A DNA stretch of 64,000 nucleotides, taken from NCBI RefSeq assembly GCF_009914755.1, contig NC_060941.1; one strand, given 5' to 3'. Shown piece after piece: positions 12,023 to 26,364 of the stretch. Under the pieces are notes generated by a model. The model was not told where the DNA came from and ran no database searches. It saw only the letters and a list, made by a program, of their open reading frames with translations. Each line of letters starts with the position of its first letter. Positions within the stretch are counted from its first letter, which is position 1. The DNA is from the human T2T-CHM13v2.0 reference genome, Homo sapiens. A program made the translations under genes and the position numbers.

Positions 12023-12209
12023 TAACATATTTTGTGTCCATCAGTGTTCAGAGTTCTTTGCATGGGGCCCTGGGCCTGGGGGTCACTGTTCAGTTCACTG
12101 GAAGTTGCATATTCTCTGGCCAATAGATGTGTTACTTTAGTCTGAGATGTATTTTTAAACATTTACATTAATTGTTGATGTTTAAAAAACTGACGACAAT
12201 TAGAAAAGT

Positions 12210-13246
<1,037 letters not shown>

Positions 13247-13643
13247 TCAGGCATGAGTTGGTTAGAGTTCACTGGAATCTTTCCCTTTTGACTGGGACCT
13301 TGAGTGTCCCACAGTCTCCACCGTCCCCTACTGTTTACACCTGGAAGATTTCACTCATTCCTGTTATCTGTTGGTCTCTGTCATGGCTGAGTTTGAGAGC
13401 CTGGCTGTTCAGTGATTCGTGTCCATCCTGCGGTGTTCTCCCTCTGCCTGCTTCTCAGATTCCTCACTCACTCCTTCCAGGTTTCCCTCACGGTTGCATG
13501 CTCTCTCTTCCCGTCCTCCTCTGACTCCTGAATGGCCCTGTTCTCACATACACTTTGCTTTACACTGCTTGGCTATACAGCTTGAAGTAATATCTGCATT
13601 TTTTTTTTCCTGAATAAATTTGAAGGCAAGGAACAGGTGTTTA

Positions 13644-14048
<405 letters not shown>

Positions 14049-14612
14049 TCACATAGCTAGCATGAGGAGAAAAATGAATTTATTGGGAAAGAGCTTTGAG
14101 AAATGGCAAGTGTTATGCAAGCACCAGAGGTTCGATAATAATAATAATACGAGCAACTGACACTGAAAGCTCACCATATGCTCGGTGTTTTCCCTGGGTT
14201 GTCAGTTCTGTTATCACACAACATGGCACTTCCTAAACATACACCATGGGAGATGGTGCAACCACAGGGCTTATGGCAAACAATGGGGTTAGGGACGTAA
14301 CACTCAAACACTTTGTCAGTGACGTAAAAATAAAAAGACAGGAACTTGATAACAATTTTACACGTGTTAAATGATTGAGAAATACATAAGGGCTACAATA
14401 AAGGCAGTTTAGCTTTAATAAGATGGGAAGTTTGCTTGTGGAATCGGTTGTTGGCAGGTTGTGAAGCGGTGGAAAGAGAGCTTTTCTGAAATTGGATGGA
14501 CAGTAACAGCAGAGGTGGATGGGTATGGCCCCCGGCACATGGTGTATTGAGGCAGCTGGCAGATGTTGGAGGTGTATGTGTATTTTGTGTGTCCCTGTGC
14601 AGCTTGATTTAG

Positions 14613-15066
<454 letters not shown>

Positions 15067-16184
15067 AGAACTCACAATGATCATCTAATTTAGTCATCTG
15101 AAAAGCCCACGAAGGCATGTATTATTCCCGTTTCACTTAAGGGATCAGTTTCAAATTTCAGTTTGGGATCCAAATCTCATATGCTGAGCTCAATATGAAA
15201 GGAAGTTCCAGACTTGGAAGGTTCTAGATGCACAGAAATGTATCAGGAAAAGTGCATCCTGGCTCTCTCTGGTTTCCCTGCCCAGCTTGGAGCCCCTGTC
15301 CTGGAACCCATGTGTCCAGCATCCCACGCTTCTGCCATCATGCTGTGCCAAGTGGTGCCTGTCTGAGCCCACGGTTACAGATGTCTTATTTCTCGGGTGT
15401 TAGATTCCACCTGTTGAGTCCCCTTGGCTGCAAGTCAAGCTTCATCTTTCACACAAACTCTCTGTGCCCATCTGTACCTCACGGTTCGGCTGCTTCCTGG
15501 GTTCAACCCTTCCTCCCAGAAGCTGTGAGGTTACCTATATCTGGACACTTTGTGGAGGTGGAACATGTCCTGTCTCTGTGGGAAATGTAGGAGGCATGGA
15601 AGTCATCAGCTATGCTGGTCGGTATTGTCCCTCCAAGCCTGCAGGCTCTCCTAGGGTTCTGAAAGCTCCCTGATCGGTCTAGGTGTCTGTGGTCAGGTGT
15701 TCTTTCTCCCGAGGTGGGCACGCCTCCAGGTTGGGGCTCAGTTTTAGGACTCTTAAAATCTGTTTTTTCCACTCAGCGTCTAATAGCTTGTAGCAGTCAC
15801 TGGACATTTTGGGGGTGGGGGTGGGGGTGGGGGCACTGTTTTGCCTGCTCCGTGGGGGAAAAGCTTTCATGAGGAGTCTGGTCAGCCCGCGCTCAGATTT
15901 TCCCTCAGTCTCGTTTTTGGAGTGCTCCCTGTGTCCAGCCATGCCCTCTCCCACATGCGCTCTGACCAACCTTCGGTGTCCCCTGGTTCTATTCTAACAA
16001 CAACATTGCGGTCCAGTTCCCTAAGCTTGCAGTGATCCTCAGTTAATACAACAGTTATTACAACAGTCTCTTGTGTGTTCAGACGCAGCCCTGTTTGTGG
16101 TAAACTTCACATTCCACGCAAAGCCCTTCTCACCCATTTCCTGGGGTGGGCAAGCCTGGTGGGTACAGATCTTGGCTTGGGACG

Positions 16185-16546
16185 TGGCAAAGACGCCCTC
16201 CTTGACCGTACTTCAGTCAGGATCCTCTGGCCGTCTCTTCAATGAGGCCTCACACTCGACCTGTCCTTGGTTTGCCAAGGCAGTTTTAGCAAAGAATCTT
16301 ATAAACCAGTGTGAATATCGCCCTGCCCTTGATATTTGATCAAGTTGCTCGTCCCCCACCCTTGATACCTAGGCTCCTCTTAGTAATTTCCCATCTAAGG
16401 AAACTCCTCACTCTGCCCATCGGCTATAAATCTGCAACTGTCCCTGACGTGTCAAAGTTGAGTTCAGTCTTTGTCCCCTTTGCAGTAGTCTTGAGTAAAA
16501 TCTTCCTTGCCTATTTAACTCTGTCTGGTGTGATTTTTCTTTGACA
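16185..16546 (+). mobile_element. MER31-family solo LTR (ERV1)
   Basis: tggcaaagacgccctccttgacc...ttttagcaaagaatc...cccttgata...ggctataaatc...ttctttgaca; TG...CA termini, TATA-like box. Confidence 0.7.
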
Positions 16547-16875
16547 AATGGCTGGTCAGTTCTCACACCAGTGCCCCTCTTTGTCCTGGTGTGGTAGGGT
16601 GGGGTGCAGAAGGGCCAAAGGGGCATCTCATTTTGATACTGCCCCAGGGGAGAGCGCTGGTGAGTCTGGGGAGTCTGAGAAGCAGACACCAAGACAGCGT
16701 CAACAAATTATTAGGAGAAGGGCCTGTGAGTGAAAACGGAGGAGGTGGGATATGGAGGAGGCTGGAAAAGCTGTCAGGCTGTGATGCAGGTCTGACCCTG
16801 CACGGAGGAGAGATGGGAGGGAGGGAGGTTGCGTGAAGGCCTCTTAGATGGGGTGCAGTTCTAAGGAAAGTTCAG

Positions 16876-17157
16876 GGCTGGGCACGGTGGCTCACGCCTG
16901 TAATCCCAGCACTTTGGGAGGCCGAGACGGGTGGATCACAAGGTCAAGAGTTCAAGACCAGCATGGCCAAGATGGTGAAACCCCGTCTCTACTAAAAATA
17001 CAAAAATTAGCTGGGCATGGTGGCGGGAGCCTGTAATCCCAGCTACTCGGGAGGCTGAGGCAGAGAATTGCTTGAACCCAGGAGGTGGAGGTTGCAGTGA
17101 GCCGAGATCGCACCACTGCACTCCAGCCTGGGTGACAGAGCGAGACTCTATCTCAGA

Positions 17158-17184
<27 letters not shown>
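16876..17184 (+). mobile_element. AluS element
   Basis: Alu dimer with long poly(A); no evident TSD. Confidence 0.95.
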
Positions 17185-17188
<4 letters not shown>

Positions 17189-18068
17189 GAGTTGATGAGT
17201 GACTCCATCGAGTGAAATAATAACACAAAGCAGCTCATATCAAAGGACTAATAAAAACAAACTGCAACATAACCAGCTCCACATAAAAATGTACAAATGA
17301 ATGATCATACACACACCAGTGAGGCTGTACTAGGAAAGGCACAGACACTTCATAAGAAAGATGGTAGAACGCTTGCTCAAATTATTGGGTCAAATGAATT
17401 TTATGGATCCTCCTGCAAGACATTCCATTAAAAAATTAAATATTAGACCAGCAAGGAAGTCTTTATGGCCTTGTTCTAAAATGCCGATTGTTGGGTTTTA
17501 TAAGAACTTATCACTAGTAAGAAATATGAGGAAAAATCCAGGGAATATGGACAATGGGGTCCAGATAAAATCCAACTATGCCACTGAAAGTGCAATAGTG
17601 AATATAATGGAAACGATTTTACCTTTTTTAGTTACAGAATTTTCCACTAAGAAAGAGAGTTTCTAAAACTAGGAAGGATAAAACTCTAGCAGAGACAAAC
17701 AACTGTAACCTACTACAAGGACTCAGCAATGTTAATGTTATCTGAGATTTTAATTTAGTGACATTTTATTGCCAGCTAGTATTAACTACGATGACTTTGT
17801 TGCAGGGGTTGAACCCAGTTCAAACTACTTTAAGCCAAAAAGGAGAGCATTTGTTAAAAAGATACAGGAGTGTCTCCTGGAATCAAAGGACAGGGATGCA
17901 TCTGTGCCACATGAAGGACAGCAAAGGTTGTCAGCCCTCAGGCAATCTCTTGCCTCTGCTTTCTGTTTTTTTTTTTTTGGCTTCTGCTTTTTTCTCTGTG
18001 CTTCTCTGTATTTATTTTCTTTCTATTGGGTTGTTGGCATTGTCTTTATGGATTTGGGATGACTTTTT

Positions 18069-18895
18069 GTGTAGCTTTATTCTTTCCTTGAGGACCAGCT
18101 GAGCTGATCTCAGCACCAGATTTTCCCTTCACTGTCTGGACTGTGAAAATGGATCTGGGCCCTTCAATATGTTTCCTTTGTCAGCTGGCACCGTGTTGCG
18201 CTTTGTCAGTAGAGGGCGCCAGAGAGACACTGCAGGAGGGACAGAGTTTTATCTCCCGGTTCTCCCGTGCTTGCTTGGCAACCTCTTAATTCCCACTTGG
18301 CTCTTGTAGCACATGCTGCATCTGGGGGTCTGGTTCCTGCAGGGTGGGCACCTCTGCCAGCACCAGGTTCTTTCAGGGCACACAGCCTTTCCAGCACCCC
18401 TCCCCTGCCCATCCCCAGCCTCTCCAGTGCCCACCCCCTGCAGGGCATGACACACAGCCGCGCCCCGTGGCTAGCTGCTTCTCCTGCCAGCAACTCCTTC
18501 CTGTCTGCTGGTCCCCACCACAGTGCCCCTGTGGTCTTGCAGCACAGTACCTCCAGTGAGACACCTCCCCATGAACAGTGGGTGGATTTTCAGTATGTTT
18601 TACTGGTGTGGCACCACAGCGACTTTTCCATCCAGTGACCCAAGGCCATCCAGGGCTGGATCGTAGCATAGTCCTGGCGGTGGGGGCGGGCAGCTCTTCC
18701 TTGGATGCTGTATCTTACCCTTAGGGGTGGAGGCTGCTCCTTATTTCCGCTATTCCTGTATCTGTTAGAGTTGTCTTCGCTTATTAGTAGCCAATCCCTC
18801 AGTACTCCAATCCCCTGCTAAAGAATTCTTTATATGAAACCTTCCTATGCAAGTTACTGTGTGGCTTCTCTCTCCTGATTGGACCCAGACTAACA
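18069..18895 (+). mobile_element. LTR33-family solo LTR (ERVL)
   Basis: tgtgaaaatggatctgggccctt...tttgtcagtagagggcgc...gacactgcaggagg and 3' end ctctcctgattggacccagactaaca resemble LTR33. Confidence 0.7.
18204..18222 (+). promoter_or_regulatory. Candidate CTCF-binding motif inside LTR33
   Basis: TGTCAGTAGAGGGCGCCAG vs core consensus CCASYAGRKGGCRS (one mismatch). Confidence 0.55.
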
Positions 18896-19454
18896 GAGCA
18901 GCTTTCTCAGTTTCTCTGGGGAGAACCTTTCTGTATCACATGAATCCACATCTCCCTCATTTAAGAGGGAGTCCAGGGCTAGTGTCTGGTTCTATTCCAG
19001 AGTCCCATGAGGGAGACTCTGATCATCCCAAGAGGGTCAGGTGATGACCTCCTACTCTGATCAACTCCACCCAGTGGGCTGGACTTGTGGGTGCCACAGA
19101 TAGCCCTGTGGGTGATGGGGGGCTGTTAAAGGGTTCTTGTGAGCTGGCACGTTCCCAATGGGTGTCTACTACAGAACCCTGTTTATTAAAGACAAAAGTG
19201 GTGTATGGAAACCTGGGTTATGCTGATAACCTAAAATACCTGACCATTTCATGAACATGGGAAGAGTAGCAGTGACGCGAAAGTAAAACCGACATTGCAA
19301 AAGCTTCTACTGACTTTTGTTTCCTGCTGACTTTTAAAACAACATTTATACAATTTTGTCAGTTGTACCTCAATAAAACCGAAAAAAAAATTAAATGGTA
19401 CAGCACAAGAACTTATAAGAACATTTTTCTATGCACCAGAGCATTTTGGTTGAA

Positions 19455-20587
19455 ATTTTTTTTTTTTAAATTTCAATAGCTTCTGGGGTACAAGTGGATT
19501 TTGGTTACATGGATGAACGGCATAGTCATGAAGTCTGAGAGTTTAGTGCATCCATCACCCAGGTAGCGTACATTGTACCAAATATGTAGTATTTTCTCCC
19601 TCACCCCCTCTCACCCTCCCACTTCTTAGTCTACATAGCTCGTTATACCACTCTGTATGCTTTTGCGTACCCATAGCTTAGCTCCCACTTATAAGTGAGA
19701 ACATATGGTATTTGGTGTTCCATTCCTGAATTACTTCATTTAGAATAATGGCCTCCAGCTCTATCCAAGTTGCTGCACAAAACATATTTTGTCCTTTTTA
19801 TATGGCTAAGTAGTATTCCATGGTTATATATACTACATTTTCTTTTTTTTTTTTAAATTATCCTTTAAGTTCTGGGGTACATGTGCGGAACGTGCAGGTT
19901 TGTTACATAGGTATACATGTGCCATGGTGGTTTGCTGCACCCATCAACCCGTCATCTACATTAGGTATTCTACTAATGCTATCCCTCCCCTAGCCCCCCA
20001 TCCCACCGACAGACCCCAGTGTGTGTTATTCCCCTCCCTGTGTCCATTGTTTCTCATTGTTCAACTCCCATTTATGAGTGAGAACACATGGTGTTTGGTT
20101 TTCTGTTCTTACGTTAGTTTGCTGAGAATGATGGTTTCTAGCTTCATCCATGTCCCTGCAAAGGACATGAACTCATCCTTTTTTTATGGCTGCATAGTAT
20201 TCCCTGGTGAATATGTGCCACATTTTCTTTATCCAGTCTATCATTGATGGGCATTTGGGTTGGTTCCAAGTCTTTGCTATTGTGAACAGTGCCGCACTAA
20301 ACATATGTGTGCATGTGTCTTTATAGTAGAATGATTTATAATCCTTTGGGTATATACCCAGTAATGGGATTGCTGGGTCAAATGGAGATCCTAAAGGAAT
20401 CGCCACACTGTCTTCCACAATGGTTGAACTAATTTACACTCCTACCAACAGTGTAAAAGCATTCCTATTTCTACACAACCTCTCCAGCACCTGTTGTTTC
20501 CTGACTTTTTAATGATCGCCATTCTAAGTGGTGTGAGATGGTATCTCATTGTGGTTTTTATTTGCATTTCTGTAATGACTAGTGATG
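19455..20587 (-). mobile_element. L1 3'-end fragments (older L1PB/MA with a younger L1PA from ~19845)
   Basis: Antisense L1 3' UTR (ggggtacatgtgcggaacgtgcaggtttgttac); ORF 20173..20418 resembles the ORF2 C-terminus (PFDPAIPLLGIYPKDYKSFYYKDTCTHMF). Confidence 0.92.
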
Positions 20588-21724
20588 GAATTAGTTCTCT
20601 TAACCCTATTCCCTTTCTTCATCTTCCCAAAATATAACAGTATTTTGAGTTATGTGGCAGTCAGTATACTGGTCATTATAATGATATAAATCTTGTTTAC
20701 TATAAAATTAAGTAGAATTTTATGTCCTTTCTTGTACAACTTTACGTTTTCCCTGGAATGACTAATTACCTTCACTTTAATTTGCCTTCTTCCTCATATA
20801 CACAGTCTCATTTTTTCCCTTATGTTCTATGAGGGCTACTATTTTCCTGGTACCAAACTCATTGGAGCCTGATTTCTTTTTGCTTCAATTTGGCCTTGTT
20901 ACTTTCTAGGCCTGCTTAGCACAGCTGTATTCCCCAGACTTCTTTTTTGGGTAACATCTGTGATTTTCTGGATCCCATGAACTCCTTGTTCTTGACTTAC
21001 TCCTGAGTTTTGCTGGAGCTCACCCCCCAGTAGCTTCTTAAGGAAGGATGGAAGACAAATGTGTTAAGTCCTTTCACATCTGAAAATGTCTCTATTCTCC
21101 CCTACACTAGATGACTAGTTTGGCTGGAAATTCTGTGTTGAAAATATTTATTTCCACAGAATTTTGAGGGCATCACTCCGCTGTCTTCTAGCATCCAGAG
21201 TTACCATTTTGATTCTTGAGCTTTTGTAGTTGATCATGTTTTTTTTTTTGCTGATCTGTTTTTTTTTTCCCGGAAGTATTTATGATCCGCATATGCCAGC
21301 ATCAAAGACTTAAAAGATGTTGTGCAGGAAACAACCTGTTCCCTGCAAGACCAAAGGCAAATATTTCATTATATGCAGATGTTATGATTGCATACTTGGA
21401 AACACAAAGAATGTCCATTGAAAATTATTACTAACAATAAGAGAATAGAATGTATATACAGTTGATCTGAAATTTGTTGATATATCTTGGCATGAGTTTA
21501 AACAATTGCTTTCATTGTTTTGGACCTTCAATGATTCTTTAACCTTGATATATGTGACCTTCAGGTTAGGGGCATTTTATGCTATTTCTTTGATTTTATT
21601 GGAACCTTATAATTCCATATAAACTTAAGATCAAGTTTTCTAGTTCTCCAAAATCTTTTTGGAACTTTTCTTAGGGTCACGATAAAGTTTTAATTTAGGG
21701 AGATTTGACATTTTTATTACATAG

Positions 21725-22111
<387 letters not shown>

Positions 22112-22859
22112 TAATAAAATTTTTATTGAATTTATTCTCAGTTATTTTTTCTTTTTTTTGCTGTTATTACACATAGGATATTTTTACCATTATATTTTCT
22201 GCCTGGTTGTTTGCGTACGGAAATAGAATTAATTTTTGTATATTGATTTTGCATCCAGCCAACTCATCCTATTCTCTTATTGTTCCTAACAATTTTAATG
22301 GGCTCTGTCTTTCAAAGTATAGAATCATATCACCTACATATGAAAAATTTGCCTTCGTTTTTCCAGCGAATGGGGTCTTCTTTCCTCAACATCTCTGATG
22401 CTAGCATGTAGGATATCTATAGTCTTTCCTTTTCTTTATTTTTTTCTGTATACTCCCAGACAACACGTTCCACACACAAATATATTTTTCTTCCAGAGAC
22501 CTGACTGAATTCTCTAGTTTTTAATGTTTCTTGATTTTCAAGTATAAATCATTTCACCTGAAATAATAATATTTTGTTTTCCTCCTGCCCCCCAGTTTAA
22601 CCGCCTTGCCCCCTTTGAAGTCTTATATCTTGCCTGGGCGCTCCAAAACATTACATAAAAACGGTGAGAGCAGGGGCATTCGCATCCAGCTCGACTTTCA
22701 TAGGAATGCGTCTGGCGTTTCAAACACTGTGAGGTTCACTATGGTTTTCTGAGTTGTCATTAAATTCAGGTTTGTTTAATTCCTGTTGACTAAAAATTTC
22801 ATTTTCTTTTTTTTTTTAATTACCAATCAATGTTACATTTTATCAGCGCCTTTGGTCAT

Positions 22860-23830
22860 CTAACGGTCTGATAGGCCATTGCCATTGCACAGTGTTCTTC
22901 TAACGGAATTTAGAATCCTAGCTTCCGATGCTTTCTCAGAAGAAGAGCACGGGCGGTAGGAAAGAAGGACGCTTTCAGGAAGGATGGAGGGCCCAGGACG
23001 ATTTCGCTCCCCGGTGGACGTGGAGGGCGGGCAGGGTCATCCTTTCTCCTGAAACTGGGGAGCCCTACGAAGGGGTTCCGGAGAAGACGCACGGATCTCG
23101 AATACCTCCCCGCCCGGCTGCCACTGGATGGCGCGCGCAACCTGCGGAACCACAGGGCGACATCCAGCTGCGGGCGGCGAAGGGAATTGGAGCGTGGACC
23201 TCTCCAGGCTTTTCATTCGCTGGTTCTGCCGGTGTCCCGCCTTTTCCATCTCCTCATTGGCTGTCGGCTCCGGGCGTGCGTGTTTGCTCAGCCCCTCCGG
23301 GGAGTGCAAACGGGTGTGCAACAGGCCGTGAGGTCCGGCTTTGCGAGGAACTCCCATTGGTCAGTCAAACAGGAGTCCCACCCTCCTGGGCTTCCCATTG
23401 GCTGCTGTCCTACCGCTGCTCTCAGTTTCCCAGCGGCTGGGGATCTGGGTTTTCTGGGGGTGGAGGGGTGCAGTACGCTGCTGGAAGCTCGTTTCTCTTT
23501 CCACCGCTGTGTGCCTCGGGCTCGCGGTCAACGGGGCTGGACGAGGTTCAGAACCCTCCAGAGCGGCAGCTGTCCCCGGGGTGGGTTGTGGGACTCAACA
23601 GCCCTCAGGGGAAAATGGCGGGAGGCAGGTGGAGGTGTCTTCTTTGCACTGAAGACCTGGATACCCTGCTGCGGGCTGAACGGGAGGCTGGGGTGGAGCC
23701 CTGGCTCGGGTTATGGCCGGGGAGGAGACCACGCTGGGCGAGTGGGAGGCAGCCCCAGCCAGGGGCTGGAAGACCAAGTACCGGACCTTCAAGGGCCTTC
23801 TTGCACCCGCATCCCACAGTAAACAGGATA
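22860..23830. promoter_or_regulatory. CpG-island-like orphan promoter (multiple CCAAT boxes, YY1/E2F-like and MYB-like motifs)
   Basis: Sharp rise in GC and CpG within AT-rich surroundings; ATTGG at 23186, 23256, 23356, 23397; AAAATGGCGGGA at 23612-23623; TAACGG at 22861 and 22901. Confidence 0.7.
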
Positions 23831-24654
23831 CGTAGGTGACCGTCTAGAAAACTTGAGTTTCTCTTGACAAGTTGATGTGCCAGTTTTCGTATGCATTCAA
23901 ATAAATATTTAGTAATTTCAACTTTGCGCTTTTAGCATTTTGGAGCTAGTAATAAATATTTTTTTTCTTTCAGGATTCAAGCATTTTATGAATCCTTGGA
24001 AAGTTTATAGGCCTGAGGCACAGGTGCCTGTAGTGGCTGGTGCATAAAACTGATTCTGTCTCCCAACCATCTTAAGGCACACACGCACTCCAGGTTGTCA
24101 TGAAATCGCTGGGTTCTGACTCATGCAAAGCAGACCAGTGGCTACTTATACACCAGGAGAGGCTGCCCAGCCTCGCTGCAGAGGCCCAGACCTGGGTCCT
24201 GTTGAATACACATACGCAGATAAAAGGCTGAGGTGACACACATCAGAATGGGAACAGGGAGGGCTCTAGATAATAAAAGTGAATGTAGAGTTTGTTTTAG
24301 AAGCCAGCCCAGGACTGGGACTGGGTACTGAGGCAGTGGTCTAGTCACAAGGGCTTGCGCCAGGAGGCAGAGGGCAGGGAGAGTTGGCAGTGCCACATTG
24401 GCAAACTGGCAAAAGCGGCTCCAGCAGTGTCTCTTGCTCCATGTTTGGGTCACCATTCTGTTGCTCTGAACTGTGAACCACAAAGTTAACACAGAGCCTT
24501 ATTGCTACGTCCAGGTAATTTGATATCGTATATTCTATGATCTCACATGGAGACATAAATAGGCTTATGCTGCTGGGCCAGAAAATCTGTGGAGGAAACG
24601 ATGAACATCTGAAAGGATACACATCCAAACTATTAACAGTGGTTACTCATGTGA

Positions 24655-24990
<336 letters not shown>

Positions 24991-25436
24991 TTATTTTTTT
25001 TTAAATTTTACTGTTGACAATATGCTTTTTAAAAACTAATACATATACATGAAAAAATAAGCCATGTAAATGGATAATTAGTGATAAGTCAGTCTCCTAC
25101 TCTAGCGGGCGAGAGTCAGTTCCAGTCCCCTGTTCCCATTTCCAGGGGGAGCTTCTAAGTGTCTTGAGCATCCTTCACAACATGGTCTATGCAAATAGGC
25201 ACTTATGGATACACTTCTTACTTTTAACTTTCTGCATATTTGCATTGTTTGTTTTTGCAGGCAAGCCGATTAGAAAGCCAATTAAAAAATGTGTCAATGA
25301 ATACTCAATAATAATATGGGTTAAGTAGGATGGGGTTTCGATTTTTTTTTCACACTGAAATGGCATCTTAGGTACCACTGCTGCGGGTCCTCAAAATATG
25401 CACTTCTCGTCATTTTCTTAAGAGCTGAGATCTGGA

Positions 25437-25439
<3 letters not shown>

Positions 25440-25494
<55 letters not shown>
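25440..25494. repeat. Compound (TG)n(GA)n microsatellite
   Basis: Directly visible. Confidence 0.97.
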
Positions 25495-26364
25495 TTGTTA
25501 GGCTAAGAAGATGTTTTTGGCTCATAGCTAAGTGGGTTGCTTGCCTGGTGGTGGAGGAATTGCAGGCCAGGCAGTGTGTCCTATGGCCTTGGAATGGACG
25601 AGAAAGGCCTGGGCTCCACTGAAAATGACAAGTTGTTTCACTCCACGGTCTCTGCTGCACCAGAGGGTGCGTGTGCCTTCATTCTTCAGCTGCTGTTAAA
25701 GCAAAGCTAGGCTGTGCTTCCGTGGCAGCCCTTTCCTTGTATTGCATTTCACCTTGCATGTTTGTGTGAGTGTAGAGACTATAATTTGATATGGCTTCTG
25801 AAGGCTTACAGTCAGGAAGTGGCAGCCACATCTTGTGTCAGTTGACTGTGGCCTCGGTCCTCTTACTCATCCATCATTCATTCAACAAGTATTTATCAAG
25901 CATTTACTCTGTATGAAACAATTGACCCAGATACTGGGAAAACTGGTGAACAAAACCAGAATGTCTAATCAGGTGCATGCTGGCTGGGAAGGGCGAGGGT
26001 AGATGCTGAGAGGTTCTGCTTTTGAATGTTTGATACTGTGATTTCCCTTCCAAAAATACACAGTGTCGGCTTCCCTCTTGCAAGTTTTACCTCCAAATTC
26101 CTCTCTGATCCTTCCTCTCCTTTATGCTTCTGTTACTGCCTCTTCAGGTGCTTCCCCTCACTTTGGCCAATTTAGCAGTCTCCTAACTGATCTCCCTGAC
26201 TTCACCCTTCAGCCCTGTTTCACATGCATTGTTGACAATGCCACTTAACACAAAGCTGGGTGTGTCATTTCCATGCCTGAGACTTTTCATGGACTCTCTA
26301 TTGTCTATTGCATACAATCCAAGCTCCTTAACTAGCCATAGGGGCCCTCAATGACATTGCTCAC

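Larger units (their letters stand above)
7682..12040 (+). other. RAP1GAP2: RAP1GAP2 terminal non-coding exon (3' UTR, ~4.35 kb)
   Basis: Strong acceptor cctcctccttgtctcctcAG (7680-7681); nearly repeat-free; ends in an AU/UGUA-rich block with AATAAA; cleavage site approximate. Confidence 0.8.

Noticed and set aside
22928-23839. 303-aa and 211-aa + strand ORFs
   Set aside because: G/P/R/A-rich low-complexity translations expected in a stop-poor CpG island; no family motif recognised
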